A stretch of 53,292 nt of DNA from a virus: the IMG/VR virus record IMGVR_UViG_3300037297_000142, positions 1-53,292 of that record. One strand, given 5' to 3'. A program made the translations under genes and the position numbers. Positions 33,880-43,091 of the stretch are shown one piece after another. The stretch's first letter is position 1; the number at the start of each line of letters is the position of its first letter. The notes below the pieces were generated by a model. That model was not told the origin of the DNA. It worked only from the letters and a program-made list of their open reading frames with translations, and did no database searches.

Positions 33880-34596
33880 TTGAATATGAAAAATGAATGT
33901 TACCTAATTGATAACATGGAATTTATGTCTGAAATACCTAATAAGTTTTATGATTTGGCTATTGCGGACCCGCCTTATGGAATAGGTGAAGGCTCAGGAG
34001 AAAAGAATTTAACAAGAGGAAACAAAGCATCCCCAACAAAGTATCATTCCTATGATGATAAGCCACCCGATAAAGAATATTTTAATGAACTTTTTAGAAT
34101 TTCAAAAAATCAAATTATATGGGGTGCTAATCATTTTATATCAAAAATTCCTTATGATTCATCCTGCTGGATTGTATGGGATAAATTAAATGGCAATACT
34201 GATCAAGCCGACTGTGAACTTGCCTGGACTTCTTTTGACTGTTCTGCAAGAATTTTCAAATTTAGATGGCAAGGAATGTTACAGGGAAACATGAAAAATA
34301 AAGAACATAGGATACATATAAATCAGAAGCCTGTAGCATTATATAAGTGGAGTTTAAGAAAATTTGCGAAGCCGGGCTGGAAGATCTTTGACTCACATGT
34401 TGGAAGTGGTTCAATACGTGTAGTTTGTTTTGATATGGATTTATATTTTGAGGGTTGCGAAATAAAACCGGTATTTCATGAAGATCAAGAAAAACGATTT
34501 AAAAATCACGTATCTAAACATAAAGAATCATCCGGGGATTTATGGAATAAAGAGGAAATCCAGGAATTTGTATATCAGCAGGCTGAATTTATTTAA
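33880..34596 (+). CDS. DNA N6-adenine (or N4-C) methyltransferase, beta-class order
   Basis: Motif IV IADPPYGIG followed later by motif I-like FDSHVGSGS. Confidence 0.7.
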   Translation: MNMKNECYLIDNMEFMSEIPNKFYDLAIADPPYGIGEGSGEKNLTRGNKASPTKYHSYDDKPPDKEYFNELFRISKNQIIWGANHFISKIPYDSSCWIVWDKLNGNTDQADCELAWTSFDCSARIFKFRWQGMLQGNMKNKEHRIHINQKPVALYKWSLRKFAKPGWKIFDSHVGSGSIRVVCFDMDLYFEGCEIKPVFHEDQEKRFKNHVSKHKESSGDLWNKEEIQEFVYQQAEFI

Positions 34597-34982
34597 TGGA
34601 GGTAAACATGAAAGATATAAATAAAATAAAGAATATAGATGAACTTGAAGAATTAAAAATAATACTTGAAAAAAGAATAAAAGAATTGCAAAGTGAACAC
34701 GGGCTGACGATAGCAGAAGAAACACCGGGGGAAGGTGCTTTGTCACTTGAAGAAAAACCAGAAGTTGAAGATAATGAAAATTTCTCTTTGTTTAAGATAT
34801 TCAGTAAATATGATGTTGAGGAAATATATATAATTTCAAAAAGAAAAAATATTTTAAAAGATTTGGAAAGTTTAAGAGAATTGGATTATGAATATTTAGA
34901 TTTTACCGATTTTATAAAAATTGAAGTACTCGGAGAAATGGGAACTTATGACAATAAAGAATTGGTTTTCTTCAGGAGGTAA
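34596..34982 (+). CDS. Hypothetical acidic protein (128 aa)
   Basis: Track ORF with a TAATG overlap, directly upstream of the portal gene. Confidence 0.5.
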   Translation: MEVNMKDINKIKNIDELEELKIILEKRIKELQSEHGLTIAEETPGEGALSLEEKPEVEDNENFSLFKIFSKYDVEEIYIISKRKNILKDLESLRELDYEYLDFTDFIKIEVLGEMGTYDNKELVFFRR

Positions 34983-34988
34983 AAAGTT

Positions 34989-36545
34989 ATGAAAAAATAT
35001 GGAAAGTTCAGAAATTTTCTGATTAAAAAAATAAACTCATTTAACGACTGGATAACAGACATTTTATCAGGTATCACTACAACTACACAGGATAATATCA
35101 TAAGAACACGGTCCTCAGGTGCTACCGTAGATTTGACCTGCCCGGATACTGTCAACTATGATTTGGCTATGCAGTTATACAGAAATACAAAAAGCGGTTA
35201 TAAACTCGGTGCTTTCTTTTTCCATCCGATTATCAATATACCCATGGCATTCATGGGATTTCCGCACTTTGAAATTGATGATATTGAAAAACAAAAAAAC
35301 GCAAAGTACTGGAAAAAAAGACTTGAATTCTATAATAAAAAATTCATGATGAGTAAAATCAACCTTCAGAAAATATGTCATATAACCGGTACAATTGCGG
35401 TTTTCCCGTGGTTTGATTCCCGCGCAGGATTCGTAAAATTGTATTTTATAAAATCAAAATATATTACAGATATATATCAGGACCCTGATAGACAGGAATT
35501 AACAGGGCTTGAAACGACTATAAATTATACTTTCAATTATGACGGTGAAATGTATACTTTTGAAGAAAAAAAAATATATACAGTAAATTATATTGAAACT
35601 GTGAGATCTGGAAGAATACCGTCATGGATGCGGGAAAAAGAAATACGCAGAAACGCCGCCGGTATACTTCCCGTTATTTTTCGTAATGATGCAGAGGCCG
35701 GGGAATTCGAAGGCCATTCAGAATTTGAGAGAATTTTGCCGATTATAAAAGTATATTCAGAGGTAAATATATCCGCACACCAGCAAGCCGCAAATATGAA
35801 GACAAAACTTGTACAAGGCGTTAATAACTGGGGTGACTGGAAAAAAGCAAACGGATTCACAGATATAAATGAAGTTAGTATCGAAAACGTTGATTTGATA
35901 GTAAATAAAATGCCGGATGAAAAAACAGAGTTTTTAACACCCCAGGGCTTCCTTGATCAAATCTTTAGATTGTTGAATTTGGATTTCTGGTCAATTGTAG
36001 AGACATCGGGTGTACCTGAGATAGTGTTTGGAAAGAAAACTGAAGGTAATCACGCAAGTGCGGCGGAACAAATGGGAATGTTAATTGCATTTGCAAAGGA
36101 AAAGCAAAGGCAAAAACAAGAAGCGTATGATCAATTGTTATATGCTATTATTTTACTTGATGCGATGGCATATAATCAGAATATGCCTGAAAATCTTGTA
36201 TCTTCATGGAATGAATTAAGTACATTAACAGAGGTTGAACGCTCACAGGTATTCGATAATTGGTGCGCTGGTATTCAAAAACTTGCTGATAATCATTTAG
36301 TTGATTTAGAAACGATTCATAATTTACTGAAAGATTTATTGCCTGGAATGATTACTAATAATCTTGACGATTTCAAAGAAGCTATAAAAAATACTGGCAC
36401 TCTCCGGGCTTTTCTTGAACAGGAATATTATGATATGAAAGGTTCAAAAGATGATGCGGAAAATATCGAAGATATAGAAAATACTGAAAAAGAAAAAATA
36501 GAGGTATCCGGGGGGAATGGTAGAAAATACGTTGTACAAGTATAA
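34989..36545 (+). CDS. Portal protein
   Basis: 518 aa. Positioned after TerL and before the MuF-like head protein; the size is typical. No motif check was possible. Confidence 0.7.
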   Translation: MKKYGKFRNFLIKKINSFNDWITDILSGITTTTQDNIIRTRSSGATVDLTCPDTVNYDLAMQLYRNTKSGYKLGAFFFHPIINIPMAFMGFPHFEIDDIEKQKNAKYWKKRLEFYNKKFMMSKINLQKICHITGTIAVFPWFDSRAGFVKLYFIKSKYITDIYQDPDRQELTGLETTINYTFNYDGEMYTFEEKKIYTVNYIETVRSGRIPSWMREKEIRRNAAGILPVIFRNDAEAGEFEGHSEFERILPIIKVYSEVNISAHQQAANMKTKLVQGVNNWGDWKKANGFTDINEVSIENVDLIVNKMPDEKTEFLTPQGFLDQIFRLLNLDFWSIVETSGVPEIVFGKKTEGNHASAAEQMGMLIAFAKEKQRQKQEAYDQLLYAIILLDAMAYNQNMPENLVSSWNELSTLTEVERSQVFDNWCAGIQKLADNHLVDLETIHNLLKDLLPGMITNNLDDFKEAIKNTGTLRAFLEQEYYDMKGSKDDAENIEDIENTEKEKIEVSGGNGRKYVVQV

Positions 36546-37525
36546 TGACGCAAGCTGAATTTTACGCCGCCGAACGTGCGGCTCAAAAAAAATATAGAGA
36601 ACTCTACAGAAAAATTCAAAAAGGATTAGCGGAATTATACAAAACTGCTGCAAATCAAATAGCAGAAAAAATCAGACAATTAGACATTAACGGGCGCGGA
36701 ACTTCTTTGACGCGCGCATCATACGAAAAGCTTGAATCATCATTAAGAAAGACGGGCGCGTATCTTGCCGGTGAAGTTGAGAATATTATTGTTGACGGCA
36801 TAACGGATTTATCGTCTTTTACAAGTAAGCCGCATTTATCTTTTATATCCGATGCAGTGAAATTATCAGATACAAGAAAAATTGATTTTTCCATCATAGA
36901 AACCATGTATTCAAATCTTAATACAACATTAATTGACCTAACATATACAAGATTATGGAATGATGGCTATACATTTGTAGAAAGAATATGGAAAAAAATA
37001 CCGGCCAATTTTCAGCAGGCCGTAAAAAGTATAGTCTCTATGGGAATAGCACAGGGGAGGGATATATTACAGATCGCAAAGGACTTGACATTTTACGCAG
37101 CATACGGAAAAGAAAAATTGATAAAAAGGTACGGTGAGATCGTTCGCGGTACTTATAAATTTAAAAAGCGAATTCCTAAAAATATTGATTATCGTGCGAT
37201 GGCCATTGCACGGTCTGAATTGTATATTAGTCTCCAGGAAGCTGCTAAATTTCAAGGTAGCAGAAATCCCGCCGTGTATCTATACGACTGGAATCTTACG
37301 GGCGGTACTGGAATTCATGTTTGTATTTGCCCGGACCTTGCCGCGAATTCTCCATACACTGAAAATAATATACCTAATTTCCCGCACACAAATTGTTTAT
37401 GCTACATTACACACCGAATACGCGGGAGAGACGAATTCGTCAACGATCTTATTGACTGGGGGAAAGGTTTAAGTATACCCTATCTGGATGCATGGTACAT
37501 GAATGTTTATTTACCGGCTGCTTAA
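36545..37525 (+). CDS. Head morphogenesis protein (Mu gpF / SPP1 gp7-like)
   Basis: 326 aa, directly after the portal gene. AIARSELYISLQEAA and the C-terminal CICP...PNFPHTNCLC resemble the family's conserved H.nC.C end. Confidence 0.65.
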   Translation: MTQAEFYAAERAAQKKYRELYRKIQKGLAELYKTAANQIAEKIRQLDINGRGTSLTRASYEKLESSLRKTGAYLAGEVENIIVDGITDLSSFTSKPHLSFISDAVKLSDTRKIDFSIIETMYSNLNTTLIDLTYTRLWNDGYTFVERIWKKIPANFQQAVKSIVSMGIAQGRDILQIAKDLTFYAAYGKEKLIKRYGEIVRGTYKFKKRIPKNIDYRAMAIARSELYISLQEAAKFQGSRNPAVYLYDWNLTGGTGIHVCICPDLAANSPYTENNIPNFPHTNCLCYITHRIRGRDEFVNDLIDWGKGLSIPYLDAWYMNVYLPAA

Positions 37526-37526
37526 A

Positions 37527-37712
37527 TTAATATTTAGGTGACCATTCAAAACAATAATTATAATCATCTGGGTAATAATGAAAAATGCAAAATTTAAAAA
37601 TTAAAACTTTTTTATAATAAGTGCATGTTAAGCAGTATTTATATTTATTTTGATATATTTCAGAGAATAATTTATCATGTTTTAAGCACCATAGAATATT
37701 TTTATTACACAT
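37527..37712 (-). CDS. Small Cys-rich protein (last gene of the minus-strand island)
   Basis: 61 aa with 8 Cys, ending 2 nt from the stop of the convergent MuF-like gene. Confidence 0.4.
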   Translation of the reverse strand: MCNKNILWCLKHDKLFSEIYQNKYKYCLTCTYYKKVLIFKFCIFHYYPDDYNYCFEWSPKY

Positions 37713-37713
37713 A

Positions 37714-37983
37714 TCAATTAAAAATTTCCTTATATTTATCCGGTAATTGCATTATTGATATACCACCATTTACTTTATCTTTCACAATTAAAAATAAATC
37801 ATTTGTGGGAATACATCTAATAATTATTATTGTTCTATAAGCGTCAATTTCTTCTGTTAAGATTATCTTGAAATACTTTTCATCTGTTATTATTTTCTTA
37901 TCAGGATAATTCTCAGATTCACCAGCTGCAAAAATTGTCATACATAAAATTAAAAAAACAAATAAAAAAATAATTTTCTTCAT
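37714..37983 (-). CDS. Small secreted protein
   Basis: 89 aa. The signal peptide MKKIIFLFVFLILCMTIFAAGE may include a lipobox-like LILC. Confidence 0.5.
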   Translation of the reverse strand: MKKIIFLFVFLILCMTIFAAGESENYPDKKIITDEKYFKIILTEEIDAYRTIIIIRCIPTNDLFLIVKDKVNGGISIMQLPDKYKEIFN

Positions 37984-37998
37984 GATATAATACTCCTA

Positions 37999-38214
37999 TT
38001 AAGATCCGCCTGTAACATAAAAAGCTTTTTCTTGTAAATTGTATTGCATAGGATTTTTATCGTATATTTCCTTATGTATAGAATCAAAATCTAATCCATC
38101 ATTACAACATCTTTTCCATAATATATTACGTGCATGTGACAAGCTTTCAGCAATGACAATAGCAAGTCCAGATGTCCAATTGGGACAAAAATCATTCCAT
38201 TCATATATATACAT
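37999..38214 (-). CDS. Hypothetical protein (71 aa)
   Basis: Track ORF in the island. Confidence 0.45.
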   Translation of the reverse strand: MYIYEWNDFCPNWTSGLAIVIAESLSHARNILWKRCCNDGLDFDSIHKEIYDKNPMQYNLQEKAFYVTGGS

Positions 38215-38225
38215 ACATGTTACTC

Positions 38226-38582
38226 CTATTCAATTAAAAAAGTTATCTGTTTACCATGATCATTTTTTACCCATACTGGAGTAATTTTTCCAGGTGTTAA
38301 CGGATAATTTGGGTTATTGCTTATATCAAAGTTATCAAAATTAAAATTGTATGTATTCATTCCGATACTGAAGAATTTTTCTTGACATTGTGAATCTATT
38401 TTACAATGTACATCAATACTGTTTTTATCGTAAATATTTGTATTCCAAAATTCTATAGTAAAAAAAATATTACAATAACAAAACTGTTTACATGATGATA
38501 GAAAAAACTTGAAATCAAAATTTTTAAAAGAAAAACAAAGATATGGCTCATATTTTAAATAAATTATTATTATTACTTTCAT
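38226..38582 (-). CDS. Hypothetical Cys/Phe-rich protein (118 aa)
   Basis: Track ORF with a GGGAGAG RBS. Confidence 0.45.
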   Translation of the reverse strand: MKVIIIIYLKYEPYLCFSFKNFDFKFFLSSCKQFCYCNIFFTIEFWNTNIYDKNSIDVHCKIDSQCQEKFFSIGMNTYNFNFDNFDISNNPNYPLTPGKITPVWVKNDHGKQITFLIE

Positions 38583-38599
38583 TTCTTACTCTCCCTTTA

Positions 38600-38725
38600 T
38601 CAATTCAATTTCATTTTTTTCTTATATGACACATCTATATAAATTATAGCCGCTATTTTTTTTCTACTAATAATTTCTGCTACTTTTTTTAATATTTTTT
38701 CCTGGTGCGGATGTAACTTTTTCAT
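38600..38725 (-). CDS. Small basic protein (41 aa)
   Basis: ATGA overlap with the upstream gene. MKKLHPHQEKILKKVAEIISRKKIAAIIYIDVSYKKKMKLN. Confidence 0.3.
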   Translation of the reverse strand: MKKLHPHQEKILKKVAEIISRKKIAAIIYIDVSYKKKMKLN

Positions 38726-38934
38726 TTTTTTTTCGCCTCCAATTCCTTTTCCTCTTTTTTTATTTCTATTTCCAGGTCCGTTATAATTTCCATAAGGAAT
38801 TTTAATTTTTCTTCTGTCTCAAAAACAAATACGGGACTTGAAATTTCTATTTTTTTACTATTGCCGCTTACGTTTAAATTTCTTATTATCCCTTTTAAGA
38901 ATTCCTGGATTTCAATCTTCTGGTTTAATCTCAT
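38722..38934 (-). CDS. Hypothetical acidic coiled-coil protein (70 aa)
   Basis: Track ORF. Confidence 0.45.
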   Translation of the reverse strand: MRLNQKIEIQEFLKGIIRNLNVSGNSKKIEISSPVFVFETEEKLKFLMEIITDLEIEIKKEEKELEAKKK

Positions 38935-39079
38935 TTTCTTTATCCTTTCTTAATTCTTCATTAGAATGATAGCAACCCTTACAAGTAAATACGGTTTTCT
39001 CAATATTCGGGCACTGTATTTTTAATTTACACCACACAGGATTCTCATAATTTATAGTTCCGTCAAGTTTTTCTTTCAT
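38912..39079 (-). CDS. Small Cys-containing protein (55 aa)
   Basis: ATGA overlap with the upstream gene. MKEKLDGTINYENPVWCKLKIQCPNIEKTVFTCKGCYHSNEELRKDKENEIKPED. Confidence 0.35.
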   Translation of the reverse strand: MKEKLDGTINYENPVWCKLKIQCPNIEKTVFTCKGCYHSNEELRKDKENEIKPED

Positions 39080-39375
39080 TTGTTTTTCTCCTGTAAGAGT
39101 TTATCATATTTTTTTTGACATTTCTTGCATATACTCTCTCTCATTATACCTTGAATCTCTAATGATTTGAATTCGATTATTCCATCAGTATGTGTATATT
39201 GATCCAAGTCGCCCTTAAACTTCCTGTCAAATACACCTGGATCAAGATCGTAACTGTTATAATGCCCGCCTTTTGAATACCCGGGTTTATGTTTAACTTT
39301 ACATAAAATTTCCCCGTCTATAAAAATATGTCTTTTCCGTGATCCCCAGGCAATAACTACTTTATCACCTGTCAT
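39076..39375 (-). CDS. Hypothetical protein (99 aa)
   Basis: Start moved to ATG 39375 (ATGA overlap). MTGDKVVIAWGSRKRHIFIDGE...CKKCQKKY. Confidence 0.45.
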   Translation of the reverse strand: MTGDKVVIAWGSRKRHIFIDGEILCKVKHKPGYSKGGHYNSYDLDPGVFDRKFKGDLDQYTHTDGIIEFKSLEIQGIMRESICKKCQKKYDKLLQEKNK

Positions 39376-39689
39376 TTTAATAATCCTTGATTTTTTAAAA
39401 CTCTTCTCACACATTCGCTAATCATACCATAGCAGTACGCCTGGATGTGATCTTTATAATGATGATTTGGATCATGCTCATCGTGATAACATCTTTCAAG
39501 AGTTTCTTTGAGATCGTTAAGAAAAGGATATTTTTTTTTGACAGTAATTCTTACAAATTTACTTAGTGGGTTATTATCAGGCATGTAATAATAGCTTTTT
39601 ATTTCTGTAATTTCCTCACAATCCTGGGTTAAAATTTCAAGTTCAGGATTAAGATTTTTTAAAATCGAAATAGCGTCTTTGACTTTCAT
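39372..39689 (-). CDS. Hypothetical protein (105 aa)
   Basis: Track ORF, preceded by a structured leader at 39690-39761. Confidence 0.5.
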   Translation of the reverse strand: MKVKDAISILKNLNPELEILTQDCEEITEIKSYYYMPDNNPLSKFVRITVKKKYPFLNDLKETLERCYHDEHDPNHHYKDHIQAYCYGMISECVRRVLKNQGLLK

Positions 39690-39708
39690 ATGTCCCCTTT
39701 CCGGGGGA

Positions 39709-39731
39709 AAATAAGCTTGGAGGCTGTACTT
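39709..39731. repeat. 23-bp direct repeat, copy 1 (aaataagcttggaggctgtactt)
   Basis: Identical to 40179-40201, 470 bp away. Confidence 0.9.
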
Positions 39732-39761
39732 TCCCCCTATGCGGTTTTTATTCCGGGTAAG

Positions 39762-40049
39762 TCAACCCGTTATTACCGGATTCTGGTCGGCCGGTACCGT
39801 TAAAGAAAATTCGTAATAATCATGGTCAAATTCGAAATGGGCGGGATTATTACAGTCATAGTCACAACAAAAATGATTATTTTTTATACCGTCAACATAC
39901 AATCCTGCGAATTCACAGGTATTGTCTGAAAGATTTAATTTCCAGTATTCTTCTGATGAGGTGTCGTTAACCTCATCATAGAAAACTATGAAACCTGAAG
40001 TTATTTTTTTGTTTTTGATTTCCTGTATTTGTTTCTCTGTAAGTTTCAT
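39762..40049 (-). CDS. Hypothetical protein (95 aa), first gene of the minus-strand island
   Basis: ATG 40049 after GGAGGGAAAC. The promoter-proximal 36 nt match 10398-10433 with one mismatch. Confidence 0.5.
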   Translation of the reverse strand: MKLTEKQIQEIKNKKITSGFIVFYDEVNDTSSEEYWKLNLSDNTCEFAGLYVDGIKNNHFCCDYDCNNPAHFEFDHDYYEFSLTVPADQNPVITG

Positions 40050-40073
40050 GTTTCCCTCCTTGATCATATTATA

Positions 40074-40102
40074 AATATATATCTATATAGATAAATTGTC
40101 AA
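40074..40102 (-). promoter_or_regulatory. Promoter of the minus-strand island
   Basis: TTGACA, 17 nt, TATATT on the minus strand. Confidence 0.6.
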
Positions 40103-40140
40103 GTATTTTATGAAAAAAAATAAAAAAAATCGTTTTTTTC

Positions 40141-40170
40141 TTGACTTTTATTATAAGTATATGCTAATAT
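40141..40170 (+). promoter_or_regulatory. Rightward promoter upstream of the protease/scaffold-capsid operon
   Basis: TTGACT, 18 nt, TAATAT. Confidence 0.55.
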
Positions 40171-40178
40171 ATGATTAT

Positions 40179-40201
40179 AAATAAGCTTGGAGGCTGTACT
40201 T
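40179..40201. repeat. 23-bp direct repeat, copy 2; contains the RBS and first 2 nt of the TTG start codon of 40200..41330
   Basis: Identical to 39709-39731. Confidence 0.9.
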
Positions 40202-41330
40202 GAAAAGTACATGTAAACAAATCTCTTCTGATATACGGATAATCAGGAATATTAAACTGAATTTGTCAGTATCCCCGGATACAATTCCTATATTAATCCC
40301 TGAAAAAACTCTCAATATTATACAGGAAAATGATACCAGTCCATTTTACATTATCGAAGAAATAGAGGATATCAAGGAACTCGCGAACGGTATTGAATTT
40401 ACTCCTGATTTCTGGAAATCTTATTTGAAGGTACTCGAAACCCGTCCGATTCCAGGACGTAAACATGGGCATATTTCCCCCTATTCTTATGAGACAGCAG
40501 AAAATGATTTTTATACTGTTGGGGGAAAAATTAAGGGCGATAAAGTTTTTCTACGTATATACATACCGCCTGAAGGTTTTGAAACCCCAAATAAAGGATT
40601 CATACGGGATATAAAAGCCGGGCTTGTCAACTTTTCAATTGTGTCATATACACGCGATATAATTGAACGTGACGAAGACGGATGGATTTCAAGCGTAAAG
40701 GCGATTGAATCGGTACGCGGAGAGCGTAATGATGCTGTTGAAATAAATCTTGGCGCTATGGATCAAAAAGTCAGTAAAAAGCAAAATAAAAAGGAGGTGT
40801 ATCTTATGAACAACGATACATATAAAGAAATAATTCAGAACATTGTCAATCAAATTGACAATGGAAAAATAAATAAAAATCAGGTTGCGGCAGATCTAAA
40901 AATTAATGTCGTTACTGATGAGCATCTTTCAGCATTGAAAGATATCGAAGAAATTAAAAAGCTTTGTGGCGATAACTACAAAGCTGCCATTGCCGATATG
41001 ATTAAAAATCAGGAAAACGTAAAAAAAGAAAATTTCAAGAATATAAGAGAAAAAGCAATGAGTGAAAAATTCGGACCTGTAAAAATAAATGTGAACGGAA
41101 AAGAAGAGGATAATCTTAAAAGGATTGCCGCCGATTCGATGGTTACAAAAGAAATCGTAACCGAAGAGGAATTGAAAAAACAGATCGAAATTGCAAACGA
41201 AAACCCTGCCGTAAAAAAATTATCCTTTGATTCTGTTGACGTTAACTCGGATGTGAATCTTATATCCGTCACCGGCAGCGACAATACAAATGATAAAACG
41301 GTCCGAAAAACTGAACACATAGAAATTTAA
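40200..41330 (+). CDS. Prohead protease (S78-like) fused to a scaffolding-like coiled coil
   Basis: 376 aa with a TTG start after GGAGG. PGRKHGH... and GLVNFSIVSY resemble the His/Ser regions of HK97-type proteases. The C-terminal half is a K/E-rich coiled coil. Confidence 0.5.
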   Translation: MKSTCKQISSDIRIIRNIKLNLSVSPDTIPILIPEKTLNIIQENDTSPFYIIEEIEDIKELANGIEFTPDFWKSYLKVLETRPIPGRKHGHISPYSYETAENDFYTVGGKIKGDKVFLRIYIPPEGFETPNKGFIRDIKAGLVNFSIVSYTRDIIERDEDGWISSVKAIESVRGERNDAVEINLGAMDQKVSKKQNKKEVYLMNNDTYKEIIQNIVNQIDNGKINKNQVAADLKINVVTDEHLSALKDIEEIKKLCGDNYKAAIADMIKNQENVKKENFKNIREKAMSEKFGPVKINVNGKEEDNLKRIAADSMVTKEIVTEEELKKQIEIANENPAVKKLSFDSVDVNSDVNLISVTGSDNTNDKTVRKTEHIEI

Positions 41331-41344
41331 GGAGGTATAATATT

Positions 41345-41755
41345 ATGAACAGAATAGAGAGACCTGCCGCCCAAAGGTGGTATGAATACGATAATAACTC
41401 GGATGTCAATTTAAGTCAATTTCATTTTGTTTTCTGGAATAATGGAAATGAAATTGCACTCCCTGTACTGGGTTATATTGCAGATAATAACGGACTTGCC
41501 GCCGGTGCAGCCGGGAAAATTTGCAGCGAAGTAGGCGCGGTATGGCAAATATCACAGATTGCAGATGACTGCGTGAATCTACCCAGGTGGACAGTTTTAT
41601 ACATGACACCTGGGGTTGGTAATTTTCACGCAACCCCGATCGACGGCGACTATAAAGTTGGTTTTCTTACTGTCGCGCAGGCAGCAGGTGAGGAATTTGT
41701 GACAATACAGTTTACACCGCCTGAGCGTGTATCAGACGATGAACTTTCAACATAA
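41345..41755 (+). CDS. Small head-module protein (decoration / DUF2190-like by position)
   Basis: 136 aa, between the scaffold and capsid genes, Gly/Ala-rich. Confidence 0.35.
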   Translation: MNRIERPAAQRWYEYDNNSDVNLSQFHFVFWNNGNEIALPVLGYIADNNGLAAGAAGKICSEVGAVWQISQIADDCVNLPRWTVLYMTPGVGNFHATPIDGDYKVGFLTVAQAAGEEFVTIQFTPPERVSDDELST

Positions 41756-41773
41756 AAAAGGAGGTAAAAGGAT

Positions 41774-43042
41774 ATGGCTCATATTTTAAATAAAACTTTT
41801 ATTTCAGATCAAAATTTCAAAATGAAACGCGTTCATACCATGAAGGTATATAAAACGCATGATCTTGAATTGATGATGAAAACCAGGGGTGAAGACGAGA
41901 TACGGGAAATAAATGAACGGACAGTCAGATTATCATTAAGCAAGAGCGCGCCTTTCTATAACGGAAGTAAAGGCGAATCTGTAATTTTGCAACAAATTGA
42001 AGACAGGTTGAGGCAGCTTAAAAAGAAAGGAATCACCAGTCTTAAACAGTGCCTTGAACATTACCCGACAGGTGCGGAAACACTGTTTGATCTTTTCAGG
42101 ATGGATATTACCGCGCGGATTCTTGATCTTGCCGACATAACACCTTACGTCGCGAATGTAATACAGAATGATGCATTTACAGACCCTTGTTATGCGCGGT
42201 GGTTTTTTGAATACGTCGCGTATTTTGATAAGATAACCGGCCGCGGTGATCCTGTAAACATGCTTGAAACAAAAACCGGCGATCAGGAAACCATGAGTTT
42301 TGAAATTTACGGTGTTGGTTTTGAGCAGGATTTGTACAATCAACTTTTCAATAATATTTTCGATGCGCAGAAAGTAACACGGGCAATCGCACGCGGTTAT
42401 GTATTGAGAAAAAATTCCCTTGTATTGAATCCTATCCTCAACTTTTCATACCCTACACCGAAAACGGTAACAACGGCAACCGGCGGGACATATGAACAGA
42501 ATGTCTATGACACTCTCCAGAGTGCAATAAATAAACTCGGATTACTCCGCGATTATCAAACCGGTGAATATGTTGATGTTATGGAAGGCATAACCCTGAT
42601 GATACATACTACCCAGGTGCGCGGTGTAAACCGGTGTATAAATGGGGGTTTGACTCCCGGCTCAACGATCAAAAATATTAACCCGATTAATGAGATTACC
42701 CGTATACTTCCGAGTCAAACAAGATATCAATTTTACGGGAATAAAAGAAAAGAATTTAAGGGTTGCAGTCAAAATCAGTTTTTTATGTTTATACCGCGTA
42801 AATATTTTTGGCTTGGACTGAAAAGAGATCTTACACATGTAACCGGACCCGGTGATACATTCGGTATCACTTCAAAAAAAGAGGCATGGTATTTTGTACC
42901 TACAACATATTACCAGCAGTTCTTTGGTGGAAGTAAATCAGATAAAGCATCCAGTAAAGATCCTACGGTAATGTGTCAAGATCATGGCTGGATTGTTACC
43001 GGCGAATTGCCGACACCGGAAACAGCAGGGGAAGATACATAA
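41774..43042 (+). CDS. Major capsid protein
   Basis: 422 aa with a strong AAGGAGG RBS, followed by a terminator. Position and size are typical of HK97-fold capsid proteins. Confidence 0.65.
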   Translation: MAHILNKTFISDQNFKMKRVHTMKVYKTHDLELMMKTRGEDEIREINERTVRLSLSKSAPFYNGSKGESVILQQIEDRLRQLKKKGITSLKQCLEHYPTGAETLFDLFRMDITARILDLADITPYVANVIQNDAFTDPCYARWFFEYVAYFDKITGRGDPVNMLETKTGDQETMSFEIYGVGFEQDLYNQLFNNIFDAQKVTRAIARGYVLRKNSLVLNPILNFSYPTPKTVTTATGGTYEQNVYDTLQSAINKLGLLRDYQTGEYVDVMEGITLMIHTTQVRGVNRCINGGLTPGSTIKNINPINEITRILPSQTRYQFYGNKRKEFKGCSQNQFFMFIPRKYFWLGLKRDLTHVTGPGDTFGITSKKEAWYFVPTTYYQQFFGGSKSDKASSKDPTVMCQDHGWIVTGELPTPETAGEDT

Positions 43043-43055
43043 TACAGGAAAGGAT

Positions 43056-43087
43056 ACCGGGGGAGGCGAAAGTTGAACCCGGTTTTT
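43056..43087 (+). terminator. Intrinsic terminator/attenuator after the capsid gene
   Basis: ACCGGG/CCCGGU stem with a 16-nt loop, followed by a U5 tract. Confidence 0.55.
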
Positions 43088-43091
43088 AAAA

